Shown: positions 1 through 10,727 of the stretch, piece after piece
Numbering within the stretch: the first letter of the stretch is position 1
How the letters are laid out: every line of letters starts with the position of its first letter
Origin: an uncultured delta proteobacterium
GTDB taxonomy: Bacteria; Desulfobacterota; Binatia; UBA9968
Assembly (NCBI GenBank): GCA_963804165.1
Contig: CAWDPO010000002.1
Coordinates: forward strand, 160,001 to 224,000
Direction of reading: 5' to 3'
DNA: 64,000 bases
Made by a program: the position numbers and the translations under genes
The notes under the pieces: generated by a model
Databases searched by the model: none
Seen by the model: only the letters and a program-made list of their open reading frames with translations
What the model was told of the DNA's origin: nothing

Positions 1-658
1 TCGCGTGCTGCGGACTGACCTTTTCGAGCAATGCAACGAAGTCGCGGTAGACCGGCAAGGCGTAAAGTTGGAACGTCACCACCGGGAAAGTGGGCAAGTC
101 TCCCGCGCCTGACTGGAACGTCCAATACTGATTGATCCTCAAGGGAAATCTCGGCAGGACAAATGGCGCCGTGGCAAAAGCAGCCTGAGATATCGGCTGA
201 ATTGTTCGCAACGGTTTTACAATAGTGTGCCCCATCGACCCGATGCCATCCGACGCAGGGACCTCTTCCACTCTGAGCGGCTCGGCAAGCACGACATTGC
301 GAGCTCTATTGATCGCTGCGGCTAACGACGCGTCGCTCCCATCGGAACGGGGCTCGATAAAGTAAACGTCGAGCACTATGACCTTAGCACCTTCGCGAAC
401 CAGTTGGTCAATAAGCTCCGCGTGGAGCGAGCGTGGCCAGCGATCTGGGTTTTGCGGCAAATTCAGACGCTCCGAGGAATCTCGGTCAATGCTGATAACG
501 ACAACGTCGGAAGGCGCCTTGCTAACGCCCCTGAGTTTGAACAGCAACCCCAGCTCAAAGTCTTCCTCAAAGTGATGCGTGGCGGGGAAAAAACTCACCA
601 CCAAGCCGGCTATCGCGATGAGCAAGCCAAAGACAGCGGCCTTTAGGAGGCGCAACAT
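1..658 (-). CDS. CHASE2-domain sensor protein, N-terminal part (runs off the window; probably a cyclase or kinase)
   Basis: Not in ORF track. Manual translation from ATG at 658 (AGAGGAG RBS upstream): MLRLLKAAVFGLLIAIAGLVV...APSDVVVISIDRDS...RWPRSLHAELIDQLVREGAKVIVLDVYF, typical CHASE2 motifs. Confidence 0.8.
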   Translation of the reverse strand, partial: MLRLLKAAVFGLLIAIAGLVVSFFPATHHFEEDFELGLLFKLRGVSKAPSDVVVISIDRDSSERLNLPQNPDRWPRSLHAELIDQLVREGAKVIVLDVYFIEPRSDGSDASLAAAINRARNVVLAEPLRVEEVPASDGIGSMGHTIVKPLRTIQPISQAAFATAPFVLPRFPLRINQYWTFQSGAGDLPTFPVVTFQLYALPVYRDFVALLEKVSPQHA

Positions 659-971
659 ATTGCCGCTCCTCTTAGGTTCTCGATCCTTGCGTAGTCCTTG
701 AAAAGCGTTGATCCTCCGCGCCTATCCCTGCCGAGACTGGATATAATCCAAGCCCCTTCATGCACGCAAGGCGCGCTCCGACGACGCAAAGCCAACGTGG
801 CATGCTCCAACGCAACTCGTGTGCCGCGAGCTTTCTGTCTAGTAATCATTAACACAAGCTATGAAATCTAAGGAAATTACCTATTAGCAGTAGATTGACG
901 AAGCATACGCATGTGCTTTAGTTCACGCCGGCGGCTACTAAAGTTTACAGTGCGAGACAAACTGGCAATGG

Positions 972-2144
972 CTAGAGAGGACCTTGCGGTAAGCGGCCGT
1001 TTGCTATGTCGCCCCGCTGGGCATCGGAAAAGGGCTGTTCCAATAACCGCGTATCCTGCTGCCGGGCCCGGAACAGACTCAGAATAAATTGCATGCGTTC
1101 AGAGATATCGGCCCAATCAACGGCTCCGCTAGCCAATGCGGTATTTCCATCGGCTCGATATTTCGCTAAGAAAAAGCGGAGATCCGGGTTGTCAATGAAT
1201 TGGAGATCAGCGGGAAAAAGCGATCGGCCCGGCAAGGGCCGCAAGTCTTTTCCCAAGTGAATTTCGCCGTCCGGCAAGCGCAGCGTCATAAAGACACGTG
1301 TCACACATTCGCGCCATATCCGATTCAACTCAGCATTCATTTCGGCGATAACCGGGTCGATCTCGCTAGCAAGCATACGGCCCAATCGCTTGCGCAGATT
1401 TTCTGAATACCTGCCGCCCGGGCCGCCATCGAACAACGACCGCAGCGCCGCGTCGAACGGCAGCTTCAGGGCTCCGGCGATGGCCGGTTGCAGCCGCACT
1501 TGTTCATGTAGCCCGGTTTCGGCGTTGGCGAGCAGAAAAAGGTCCGCTTTGCGATCCCCCTGGACCTCAAACTTTGCTTGATAAAAATGACGAACTGCGT
1601 CGCGCAGCAAACCCTGGCCGCCCTGTTCCGGCGGCCCGGGCCTCAAATTCAACTCGTCCAGCAAACTCTCGAGAATCCCGGCGTCGTAAGCCGTGCCTGC
1701 TCGAAAACGCGTGCACATAACGGTGAACAACGGGCCGAGCTCGGCGAACACCGCAAGATTGCCGGCTGCAATATCACGGCTTACCTCCACAGTTGGCGCC
1801 GCCAATGCTTGGACAATCGCCAGCCGACCGAGTCCTGCCGTGGCGTCAACGCGCCGTAGCAGCGTATTGATGCGATCGAGTTTTTCCGCCAACCTGCGGT
1901 CGCCCTGCAGTGCATCCCGAAACATCGCCACCAGCTCGCCGCGGATAAAACGTCCGGCCGTTTTCGAAGCCCACGTCGCGAACGTGCACCAGTTGACGTT
2001 TATTTCTGCGTTCGCCGACGCGATCGCCCGAGAGAGATCATGATAGCATTGGGTAATTTTCAGGTTTCGAATGACCGGCTCGCCGTCGAGCGCGATGATC
2101 GAATCAATCTCCTGCCGAGACGGCGGCTGTAACGATTCAATCAT
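972..2144 (-). CDS. Hypothetical protein, predicted helical (NLKITQCYHDLS / NWCTFATWASKTAG motifs)
   Basis: 390-aa ORF, co-oriented downstream of the FAD monooxygenase; no function recognised. Confidence 0.75.
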   Translation of the reverse strand: MIESLQPPSRQEIDSIIALDGEPVIRNLKITQCYHDLSRAIASANAEINVNWCTFATWASKTAGRFIRGELVAMFRDALQGDRRLAEKLDRINTLLRRVDATAGLGRLAIVQALAAPTVEVSRDIAAGNLAVFAELGPLFTVMCTRFRAGTAYDAGILESLLDELNLRPGPPEQGGQGLLRDAVRHFYQAKFEVQGDRKADLFLLANAETGLHEQVRLQPAIAGALKLPFDAALRSLFDGGPGGRYSENLRKRLGRMLASEIDPVIAEMNAELNRIWRECVTRVFMTLRLPDGEIHLGKDLRPLPGRSLFPADLQFIDNPDLRFFLAKYRADGNTALASGAVDWADISERMQFILSLFRARQQDTRLLEQPFSDAQRGDIANGRLPQGPL

Positions 2145-2210
2145 AAGCTTATCTTACAATAATTCCGGGACAGATCCTCCCGATCCGCGTGCGTCGAATC
2201 ATTACCAAAC

Positions 2211-3365
2211 TTACGCTTTGTAGCTACACGCCTTCGCCAACCAGTTTGTGGTGAGTTTGGCCGGCGTAATCTTCACAAGGAAATTGCGCATTGCGCACGC
2301 CAGCGGGTTTTCCAACTGCCCGACGCGCCCGATCCTCCGTGATTGCCCGGCGATCCAGGCGGTGCGTGGCATGCGCTCGTTCTCGTAGCGCGTCAAGGCC
2401 GCGGATAATGAGATCTCTTCGGCCAAGCAGCGGGCGAGTGTCACCGCGCTTTCGATGGCCATGCACGCCCCCTGTCCCATGTTGGGCGTTGTGGGCTGCG
2501 CCGCGTCGCCGAGGAGCACCACGCGCTCGTTGCTCCAGCATCTGAGCGGCGCCATATCGTAAATGTCGTTATGGAGAATCTCGTCGGCAGGAGTGGCGTC
2601 GAGCAAGTGTCCGATGGGCGAATGCCAATCGCCGAAACGCTGCCGTAGAAAGTTTTTACGTTCAGCTGCGGTCTGCGATAGTCCTTCCGGGACGTTGGCG
2701 GTGGCAAACCAATAGATTCGTTGTCCATCTATGCGCGCCATGCCGAAGCGCGAGCCGCAGCCCCAACTCTCCGCGCTCCGTCCGAGCGCCGTTTTGTCTT
2801 GAGTCGCCACGACGCCACGCCACGCCGAATAACCCGAGTAGCGTAGCTCGCTCGTAGGAAACAGCCCTTGTCTAAGACTTGAATGAATGCCATCGGCGCC
2901 GACGACCAAATCGGCGCTCTCCTTCCGACCGCCGGGAAAGCTAACACTCGCGCCAGCGCCGTCCGCTTCGACACCGGTGCACCGCGAGTTCAGACAAAGC
3001 GCCCCCTCGGGCAGCGCGGAAACGAGGATTTCGTGCAAATCGGCGCGATGGATCGGCACCGCCGCCTCGCCAAAGCGTTGTTCCAGTGCCGCAAAGTTCC
3101 ATTCCGATAATAAAATTCCCGCCGAGGTGCGGATCTCGCCCCTTTCGATCCTGCCGCCGGCTTCAAGAACCGCATCAGCGAGACCGAGATAACGAAGCGC
3201 CTTGAGGGCATTGGGCCACATCACCAGCGCGGCGCCGACGGCGTTCAGTTGCGGCGCCTGTTCATAGACGACGGTTTGCACGCCGATTCGACGCAGCGCG
3301 ATGGCGGCGCACAGTCCGCCGATGCCGCCGCCGACTATAATGGCTCGCTTGATTACCGCGGGCAT
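2211..3365 (-). CDS. FAD-dependent monooxygenase (group A, salicylate hydroxylase-like)
   Basis: GGGIGG Rossmann motif, VGADGIHS (DG motif), LLGDAAQPTTPNMGQGAC (GD motif). Confidence 0.9.
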   Translation of the reverse strand: MPAVIKRAIIVGGGIGGLCAAIALRRIGVQTVVYEQAPQLNAVGAALVMWPNALKALRYLGLADAVLEAGGRIERGEIRTSAGILLSEWNFAALEQRFGEAAVPIHRADLHEILVSALPEGALCLNSRCTGVEADGAGASVSFPGGRKESADLVVGADGIHSSLRQGLFPTSELRYSGYSAWRGVVATQDKTALGRSAESWGCGSRFGMARIDGQRIYWFATANVPEGLSQTAAERKNFLRQRFGDWHSPIGHLLDATPADEILHNDIYDMAPLRCWSNERVVLLGDAAQPTTPNMGQGACMAIESAVTLARCLAEEISLSAALTRYENERMPRTAWIAGQSRRIGRVGQLENPLACAMRNFLVKITPAKLTTNWLAKACSYKA

Positions 3366-3425
3366 GAAAACTGATGGGGCGTTGATTAGATTTCGCGGCG
3401 CGACTATTTTCGTCGCCTCGTGGTC

Positions 3426-4517
3426 TTACAGGCCATAGAAGCGTCTCGGGTTGTCGGAAAGGATCTTTCGTTTCACCGCTTCGCTGAGGTCTCCGATGGC
3501 TTTGAATCGAGCGATCGCATTGAGCTCGCTCGAGGTATCGCCGTGGCCGTAGTCGGTGCCGATCAAGAGGTTATCCTCGCCCGCGTATGAAATGATGTAA
3601 GAAAAATCGTCGTCGGTCTGCGTGGACACAAAGATGTTATACGCGCGCAAGCAGTCCCGGGAAATCGGATGGGCGCTGCCCAGCGAGCGGCGCACCGCTT
3701 CGTGCACGACCCACGGCACCCACTGGCTCGACACCTCGATGAATCCCCACCGGAGTTTAGGAAACACACGCGGGATCTCACTCATGATCAGCGTGTAACA
3801 GGCCGTGACTGTCGGCACGCGAAACGTCGAAAAGCCACCGCCGGCTTCATTGGTCATTAACTTGAACAACTCCGGGCTGCCATTGGCGAGGTGAACGGTG
3901 ACGGGAAGATCGAGCCGCTCCGCCTCATCATAGATCGGGTAATAGTATGGGGCCGTCATCATCCGGTCCCGTTCGAACGGCCGCATGCAGACGCCGACGG
4001 CGCCGTGCTCTTTGGCGAAGCGAATCTGTGGAACCGCCTCTTTCGGCGTCAGCGCCGGCACGACGCAGGTCCAACGCAGCCGATCGTCTCCGAGTTTCCA
4101 AACGTCCGCCAGCCAGCGGTTCCAGCTCCAACATAAAGCAATCTCAGCGTCAGGACGCGTCGTGAGCTGCGTCAGCCACAAAGAGTTGTAGAGAACTTGA
4201 ATATCGATGCCGAGCTCGTCCATGTGTTGGAGGCGCTGTTTCACATCGGATAGCTCGCGCGCCTCGACCGGGGTATCGACCTGGCGGCCGAACCTTTTGA
4301 GATGCTCTTCAGATTGTTTTTTGTCCGGTGACGGAAACTTAACCCCGAGGTCTTCGCCGTCGAGAAACCAATTCTGCCTGTTGGGATTATCAGGGGAAGG
4401 CACGAGGGTCGGGCGATATTTCACCTCGGAAGCTTCGAGGTAATCCCACACCCGCTCGGTTTCGACCACGTGCGCATCGGCATCGATGACGTCGGCTTTA
4501 ACTGTAGGCACTGTCAC
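3426..4517 (-). CDS. Amidohydrolase family protein (Amidohydro_2)
   Basis: IDADAHVVE, GTDYGHGD, ILSDNPRRFY. Confidence 0.9.
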   Translation of the reverse strand: MTVPTVKADVIDADAHVVETERVWDYLEASEVKYRPTLVPSPDNPNRQNWFLDGEDLGVKFPSPDKKQSEEHLKRFGRQVDTPVEARELSDVKQRLQHMDELGIDIQVLYNSLWLTQLTTRPDAEIALCWSWNRWLADVWKLGDDRLRWTCVVPALTPKEAVPQIRFAKEHGAVGVCMRPFERDRMMTAPYYYPIYDEAERLDLPVTVHLANGSPELFKLMTNEAGGGFSTFRVPTVTACYTLIMSEIPRVFPKLRWGFIEVSSQWVPWVVHEAVRRSLGSAHPISRDCLRAYNIFVSTQTDDDFSYIISYAGEDNLLIGTDYGHGDTSSELNAIARFKAIGDLSEAVKRKILSDNPRRFYGL

Positions 4518-4695
4518 GCGCGATTCTCCCTCGCTGAGGCTTTACCTCAACTCGGTTCTGCTGTCTACCAACTCTTGACCGTGAGGGTCCAATCCGACCA
4601 CCACGGTCCGGAAGAAACGCCTAACGGACGAGCGCCTACGCCTCCAAGATCGCTGAGCGTGCCGTCCATAAAACGCTAACGCGAGTCAAAGTTCT

Positions 4696-4986
4696 CTATT
4701 TTATTTCGTAGCGCTTCACGGTCGTCTTACCACCTTGCAATCCGCGCGCGTGCTTCTGGATTTCCGCGTGCGCTTGGCTCTCGCGGTATTTGTCGATGTT
4801 CCCCTGGCTATCCCACTCGGAATACGAAATGAATTCCCCCGGCGCGTCGACACATTCCAAAAGCTTTTCGGATAGACAGCCGGGCTGTTTAATCATCAAA
4901 GGAGCACAATGATTCTTCCACAGATTGATCGCCTCTTTGGCCTGTTCGGATTTAACGTCAACGTAAATAAGTCTGACGATCGACAT
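4696..4986 (-). CDS. Antibiotic biosynthesis monooxygenase (ABM) family protein
   Basis: 96 aa; QPGCLSEKL, FISYSEWDS, YRESQAH; AAGGAGG RBS. Confidence 0.85.
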   Translation of the reverse strand: MSIVRLIYVDVKSEQAKEAINLWKNHCAPLMIKQPGCLSEKLLECVDAPGEFISYSEWDSQGNIDKYRESQAHAEIQKHARGLQGGKTTVKRYEIK

Positions 4987-5543
4987 AAAACCTCCTTGTC
5001 ACCTTGGGTCAATAAGAATATCACATGCCACCAAAGCCAACGCTCTTGATAATCAGCGTAGACCCGGGAAGCATCTGGATCAATAAATCTGCGCGAAAAA
5101 AGTGAGCGCTGGGTTGTCCGGCCGCGGAATGCCATCGGAGCAGTGTCGGATTATTTGTACTCAAAGGCAGATGCCGTCTGAAAAATCAGACAATACGGTC
5201 TTTACGAACCAATCAAATCCTGAATGAAATCCATCGCCACCGTTAACTTCAGTTAACCTTTCATTGGGCCCAATTTTTGCCTCCGCTAATCCTTAACGAT
5301 ATTCGATTCGACTGGCGTTTTTCCGAGAAGCTTCTGGCCTTCTCATGAGACGAAGTCATGCGGTTCAATTCACCCGCGAGATCGGCCTTCCTTTTTATTT
5401 CGGCGCCATGAACACGACCGCATCCAGAGCGCAATTCGCAACCACGTCATGGCAGTGTAACGGCATGTCCGTATTCGAAACAATTTCATTAGTTATAACC
5501 ACGAAGATAATAAAATTTACCCAACGGCAAGGAGGGGAAAAGT

Positions 5544-6020
5544 ATGTTTGTCGAGAATTATCGCCACGAGCAAGTCGATTCCTTGATGGGCGGCAATAAC
5601 GCAAGACCGATTCCCTACCCGAAACTCTCCGACGAGGATTGGCGCGTCTGGAATACATTTCTTCCGTTTCGGTCGGTGAATCTCGACCGTGTGGCGGCGT
5701 CCAATGCCAGGCAAGGAATGATGCTATCACTCTACGACATTCCCTATGTCGTGACCGATGAAATCCACAAGGCCGCTGAATACTTCGAGAAAATCGAAGT
5801 TTGGCGTAAGCACAAGATCGAGAAAGATCCCATCGCCGTGGGAATCGTCGGCGGGCAGCGGTACATGATTACGCGCTGGGGCATGGAAAAACTGATTCCT
5901 TTTGCCAGCATCAAAAGATCCTTACCGCTGATACTCGCGTGGCAATTCATCACTAGCCCATTGGCCGCAATGTCGGCCATGGCGGCGATCGGACTTTTGA
6001 CTTGGAGTTTGTTCGTATAA
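5544..6020 (+). CDS. Hypothetical protein with C-terminal membrane anchor
   Basis: AAGGAGG RBS; 158 aa; KDPIAVG..YMITRWG motif; hydrophobic C-terminus. Confidence 0.7.
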   Translation: MFVENYRHEQVDSLMGGNNARPIPYPKLSDEDWRVWNTFLPFRSVNLDRVAASNARQGMMLSLYDIPYVVTDEIHKAAEYFEKIEVWRKHKIEKDPIAVGIVGGQRYMITRWGMEKLIPFASIKRSLPLILAWQFITSPLAAMSAMAAIGLLTWSLFV

Positions 6021-6191
6021 TTGTCGCGCTGAAGACTCGATGACACCGGAGTGTGAGCTCTCGGCTCGCACTCCCGCCGAGTTTTCATGATATCGGCCGG
6101 GAGGAAACACGGCCTTGCTGCGTCTCTAGGCGGCAATGATTGTCGTTGCCGCCCGCGAAGGCATTCGAGTTGCTATCTCCCGTAAATAACA

Positions 6192-6234
6192 AGAGCCCCT
6201 GGGTGGTTCTTGTCCACCCAGGGGCTCTGTTTTC
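6192..6234. terminator. Intrinsic terminator between convergent genes (probably bidirectional)
   Basis: Perfect 15-bp stem AGAGCCCCTGGGTGG / CCACCCAGGGGCTCT, 7-nt loop, T-rich tails. Confidence 0.8.
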
Positions 6235-6252
6235 AACCTACTCTACGTTGCC

Positions 6253-8667
6253 TTAAGTGAGCGCCGCCGCTTCGCGCCCGACGCCCGTATTATATATCGC
6301 GCGGCTAGTTTCTTCGGCTTCGAGGGCAAGCGCCAAAGCTTCATCAACGGTTTTCAAAAACTCGAAGCTCATGCCCTGCAGCGCAGCCGTGGGAATATCT
6401 TCCAAGTCGCGCCGGTTCAATTCCGGCAGGAGCACTCGGGAAAGTCCCGCCCGTTTCGCGGCCAAGACCTTCTCTTTGATGCCGCCCACAGGAAGCACCA
6501 ATCCGCGCAAGCTGATCTCGCCGGTCATCGCAACTTCCTTGCTGACACAGCGATCGAGCAAGAGCGACACAAGCGCCACGAACAAGGTAACGCCGGCGCT
6601 TGGACCGTCTTTGGGAATCGCCCCCGCGGGAATGTGCACGTGCAAATCGTGCTTTTGAAAGATCCCAGGGTCGATGCCCAGCGAATCGGCCCGCGATTTG
6701 ATCAGGCTGAATGCCGCCTGGGCGCTTTCCTTCATCACCTCTCCCAGCTGGCCGGTAAGCTGCAATTTTCCGCTACCCGGCATTTTGGTCGCTTCGACGA
6801 AGAGAATATCGCCACCGACGGGCGTCCACGCCAATCCCGTAGCCACCCCAGGCAAACTAGTTCGCAGAGCCACTTCGTTGAAGAATTTCTGCGGACCGAG
6901 ATAATCCTTCACCGCGGCGCGCTCGATGGTCAGCCGTTCCTTGCATCCTTCAGCCACCCTCGTAGCCACCCCGCGGCAAATCGCCCCGAGCTCCCGCTCC
7001 AGTTGGCGCACACCCGCCTCGCGCGTGTATGAGCTAATAACCTCGCGGATGGCGTCGTCGGTAAAAACGATTTCACCCTGGTCGAGCCCATTCTGCGCCG
7101 TTTGCCGCGGAATCAGGTAGCTCTTCGCTATCGCCAATTTGTCTTCCTCGATGTAACCCGACAACTCGATGATTTCCATGCGGTCGCGCAACGGCCGGGG
7201 AATCGTGTCGAGCACGTTCGCTGTCGCGATAAACATCACCTGGCTCAAGTCGAACGGCACCGCCAGATAATGATCTTGAAACGTCCCGTTTTGAGCAGGA
7301 TCCAGCACTTCCAGCAACGCCGCCGACGGATCGCCCTGAAAGCTGGCGCTGAGTTTGTCTATTTCGTCGAGCATGAACACGGGATTGTTCGTGCCCGCCT
7401 TGCGCATCCCCTGAATGATGTTGCCTGGAAGCGAGCCGACGTAAGTGCGTCGGTGACCGCGCACGTCCGCCTCGTCATGCACGCCGCCCAAGCTTTGCCG
7501 GACAAACTTGCGGTTCATGGCACGCGCGATACTTTGGCCCAGAGAGGTCTTGCCAACCCCCGGAGGACCGACGAAGCACAAGATCGGGCTCTTGCCCTGG
7601 GGCTTCAGCTTGCGCACGGCGAGAAATTCGATGATACGTTTTTTTACCTTCTCCAAACCGTGGTGATCGGCATCGAGAATTTTGCGCGCTTCCTGCAAAT
7701 CGATGCGCTCCTCACTCGATACGCTCCACGGCAACTCGATCAGCCAATCCAAATAAGTCCGAATCGTGCTGTGCTCGGCGGCCATCTCGGGCATCCGTTC
7801 AAACCGGGACAGCTCTCTCAACGCTTCCTTTTCAACCTCCGCAGGCATCTTGGCGTCGGCGACTTTCTTGCGCAAATCTTCCGCTTCAACTGATTGGCCG
7901 CTTTCTTCGCCGAGCTCCTTCTGAATGGCTTTCAGCTGCTCGCGCAGAAAGTATTGGCGTTGGGTCTTATCCATCGATTCTTTGGTTTCGTCGCCGATCT
8001 TTTTGCTCAACTCGAGAAGTTCGATCTGCGCCGAAAGCTTCTCGGCGACTCTTTGCGTGCGCACTTCCGGGTCCAGGGTCGCCAATAGCTCTAGTTTTTC
8101 GTGAACCGGAAGATCCAGAGTCGAAGCGATCGTATCGATCAATGCGAGCGGGCTATCGATCCGCTCGATGGTCGGCCGAAGCTCCTGCATGGGCGCCGGC
8201 AGCAACGATAGCGCCTTAACTGCTTCTTGACGCAAGTGTAAAATCCGCGCTTCGAAAGATTTCGTCTGCGGTACGGTTTCTTCGACCATGGATACTCGGG
8301 CGATGAGAAACGGTTCCGTTTGAATGAACTCCTTGATCTCGAAGCGCTGCTGACCTTGAATGATCACTTGCCGCTGCCCATCCGGTAGGCTGAACATTCT
8401 CAACACGTTGGCGGAGGTGCCGACGGACACCAAGTCAGGCGGTTGCGGCTTTTCAACGCTGGCATCCAGTTGGGTGACAAAACCGATGGGCAGTTGTTCG
8501 CGGACGGCATGTTCCACGACTTGCAGGCTTTTTCGCCGTCCTACGCCCAAAGGCATGATCGTCGACGGAAAAAGCACGGTATTGCGCAGCGGCAAAATTA
8601 CCATCGCTCCCGCTGGTATCGTGATTGTAGATTTACTCTGTGTGTTTTCTTTTTCTTCAGCTGTCAT
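6253..8667 (-). CDS. lon: ATP-dependent Lon protease
   Basis: LON N domain (LPLRNTVLFP), Walker A GPPGVGKTS, LDEIDK, catalytic PKDGPSAG and GGIKEK. Confidence 0.97.
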   Translation of the reverse strand: MTAEEKENTQSKSTITIPAGAMVILPLRNTVLFPSTIMPLGVGRRKSLQVVEHAVREQLPIGFVTQLDASVEKPQPPDLVSVGTSANVLRMFSLPDGQRQVIIQGQQRFEIKEFIQTEPFLIARVSMVEETVPQTKSFEARILHLRQEAVKALSLLPAPMQELRPTIERIDSPLALIDTIASTLDLPVHEKLELLATLDPEVRTQRVAEKLSAQIELLELSKKIGDETKESMDKTQRQYFLREQLKAIQKELGEESGQSVEAEDLRKKVADAKMPAEVEKEALRELSRFERMPEMAAEHSTIRTYLDWLIELPWSVSSEERIDLQEARKILDADHHGLEKVKKRIIEFLAVRKLKPQGKSPILCFVGPPGVGKTSLGQSIARAMNRKFVRQSLGGVHDEADVRGHRRTYVGSLPGNIIQGMRKAGTNNPVFMLDEIDKLSASFQGDPSAALLEVLDPAQNGTFQDHYLAVPFDLSQVMFIATANVLDTIPRPLRDRMEIIELSGYIEEDKLAIAKSYLIPRQTAQNGLDQGEIVFTDDAIREVISSYTREAGVRQLERELGAICRGVATRVAEGCKERLTIERAAVKDYLGPQKFFNEVALRTSLPGVATGLAWTPVGGDILFVEATKMPGSGKLQLTGQLGEVMKESAQAAFSLIKSRADSLGIDPGIFQKHDLHVHIPAGAIPKDGPSAGVTLFVALVSLLLDRCVSKEVAMTGEISLRGLVLPVGGIKEKVLAAKRAGLSRVLLPELNRRDLEDIPTAALQGMSFEFLKTVDEALALALEAEETSRAIYNTGVGREAAALT

Positions 8668-9095
8668 GAATTTTTCCTCAGCTCGATATTGAGCAGCCCA
8701 TCCTGCAACGTGACCTTACCGACGGAGAGTGGATATTTGCCGTCGATCAATGTTAATCGCCGCTCGAACTGACCTAGCGGTATTTCCCAGAGTTTCAATT
8801 CACCGGCACGGCAACATCCGGGAAGCGGCCGTTTACCCGTGATAATGAGTTCCCGTCCTTCCAATCGCACCGTCACATTATCCACGGTCACTCCAGGCAC
8901 CGCTGAAATAACCCAAAGACTCTCGTCGGTTTCGATGACGTTCACCGGCGGCTCCCAGCACGCACTCCTTCCGTGACGGACTCCATAGTGAGCGCCAACG
9001 GCCATTTGCAAAAAATTTCTCTGGATCCGCTCAGCCTGTTGACGCAAGTTGCCCGCCCTTCGCCAGACTAAGACATCCCAATTGTCGAACGCCAT
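8664..9095 (-). CDS. Hsp20/alpha-crystallin small heat-shock protein, translationally coupled to lon
   Basis: WEPPVNVIET, VPGV, EIPLGQFERRL, LQDGLLNIEL; ATGA overlap with lon. Confidence 0.92.
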   Translation of the reverse strand: MAFDNWDVLVWRRAGNLRQQAERIQRNFLQMAVGAHYGVRHGRSACWEPPVNVIETDESLWVISAVPGVTVDNVTVRLEGRELIITGKRPLPGCCRAGELKLWEIPLGQFERRLTLIDGKYPLSVGKVTLQDGLLNIELRKNS

Positions 9096-9136
9096 GCGAT
9101 CCGATCTAACCCTTTCTCGCCTATGTTCTGTATTAA

Positions 9137-9165
9137 AAGCTAAGAACGGTGTGCCGTTTTGTCAA
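9137..9165 (-). promoter_or_regulatory. Putative sigma70 promoter for hsp20-lon
   Basis: TTGACA-N17-TAGCTT on the minus strand, ~40 bp upstream of the hsp20 start. Confidence 0.5.
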
Positions 9166-9572
9166 GAATACGCCAAAGAATTGCGTGGCATTTCTGGCGG
9201 TTACGCGATTCCGCAGTGCGGCAAGAGTTAACGTTCACACATTTTCATGACTTCGCTCCTCTCGCCGTTAGCAATCAAGAATAGATCATCCGGGCAGTTA
9301 CTTTTCGGTTACTCGACTGTGCGGCAATTTGCTCGCATCACTTTGCCGAGCTCAGGAGCGAACAAATCAATATTTGATATCTCAATCGGCCGATACCTTC
9401 CGCATTGAAGACACTCGAACGTGAACGGTATCGCAACACAGTCGTAAAGCCGGAAGTCAATTCATCGGCAACTCTCGTCTTCGTCCAGCGTACAAGATAT
9501 ACAAGACGATCAAGGCTCACTTCCGCGCGCCTATCCTCAATTGCACGGCAACCAGGAGCACCACTCATCTCG

Positions 9573-10670
9573 ATGAATGAATTCGCCAATTTCCGAGAAC
9601 GATTGCCGGCCATCGTCAGATCACTGGCCGTCGGTATCCCGGCGGGTTTTGTGTTCCAGTATTTGCATACACCGATCCCCTGGATGATCGGGCCGATGGT
9701 CGCCGTCGCAGCGCTCAACTTAATCGGCGTGCACATGCATTCGCCACCGTACGCCCGCCAAATGGGACAGGTGATCTTGGGCTCCGCGGTGTCACTTTAT
9801 TTTACGCCGCCGGTCGTCGCTGCATTGGCCGGCAACTTCCCGGCAATCGCCGCCGCGACTGTCGCCGTGTTTCTTGTCGGCATACTCGGCGCGCTGACTT
9901 TGAGCCGCGCCTCCGGCGTCGATGCCAAGTCTACCTTTTTTGCCTCCATTCCCGGCGGCGCGATGGCGATGGCCGTGCTTGCCGATCGCTATGGCGCGCA
10001 GATTGCCCCTGTAGCGGTCGCGCATAGTTTGCGCGTCTCCGTCGTCGTTATCCTGATTCCGTTCGCCCTGACTTATGGCGGCTTTCCGCTCGAAACATCG
10101 GCCTTCCGACCGACGGTGTCGCTCAATCCTTCAGTACTTGTCGTATGGCTGGCGATCGGGTGGCTGTTGGGGGAGATTTCCGAAAGATTTCGATTTCAAA
10201 ATGGCTGTCTACTCGTACCGATCTTTTTCGGCGCAGCATTGACGATGAGCGGCGTCCAGCTTTCTGCCGTGCCGGGTTGGATGACCGACTTCGCCCAACT
10301 CATGTTCGGCCTGGTGCTGGGGGCGCGCTATGAGCGCGCGTTCTTCGCCCGCTACAAACTCTTCATTCCATTTGCGCTGCTGAATTCGTTCTTCATCCTG
10401 CTCGCATCGGTAGCAGCCGGTGCCGCCTTAGCATGGGTCTTCGGGCTGCCCATCGCCACCATGATCATCGCCACCTCTCCCGGCGGTTTGGCAGAGATGA
10501 CGCTTACCGCACAGGCCCTTCAAATCAGCGTGCCACTGGTGGTCGCCTTCCATCTATTCCGCGTCGTGGTCGTCAACGTGGGGACCCAGTATATATACGG
10601 TTGGACCGCCTGGATGTTCACCCGTGGCGCAGCGCCAGACCGCGGGCCGAAGTCTTTACCGAGAATTTGA
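9573..10670 (+). CDS. AbrB-family duplicated membrane protein
   Basis: Two repeats of the PGG motif (ASIPGGAMAM, ATSPGGLAEM), many TM helices; start moved to ATG 9573. Confidence 0.85.
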   Translation: MNEFANFRERLPAIVRSLAVGIPAGFVFQYLHTPIPWMIGPMVAVAALNLIGVHMHSPPYARQMGQVILGSAVSLYFTPPVVAALAGNFPAIAAATVAVFLVGILGALTLSRASGVDAKSTFFASIPGGAMAMAVLADRYGAQIAPVAVAHSLRVSVVVILIPFALTYGGFPLETSAFRPTVSLNPSVLVVWLAIGWLLGEISERFRFQNGCLLVPIFFGAALTMSGVQLSAVPGWMTDFAQLMFGLVLGARYERAFFARYKLFIPFALLNSFFILLASVAAGAALAWVFGLPIATMIIATSPGGLAEMTLTAQALQISVPLVVAFHLFRVVVVNVGTQYIYGWTAWMFTRGAAPDRGPKSLPRI

Positions 10671-10727
10671 TCCGGTTCTCCGCTCGGGCAAATTTCCGCT
10701 TGTCCAGCGCCACAATTACGGGCCAAT

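Noticed and set aside
9573-10670. Ammonia monooxygenase
   Set aside because: The AbrB membrane family is often mislabelled this way; no amoCAB features.
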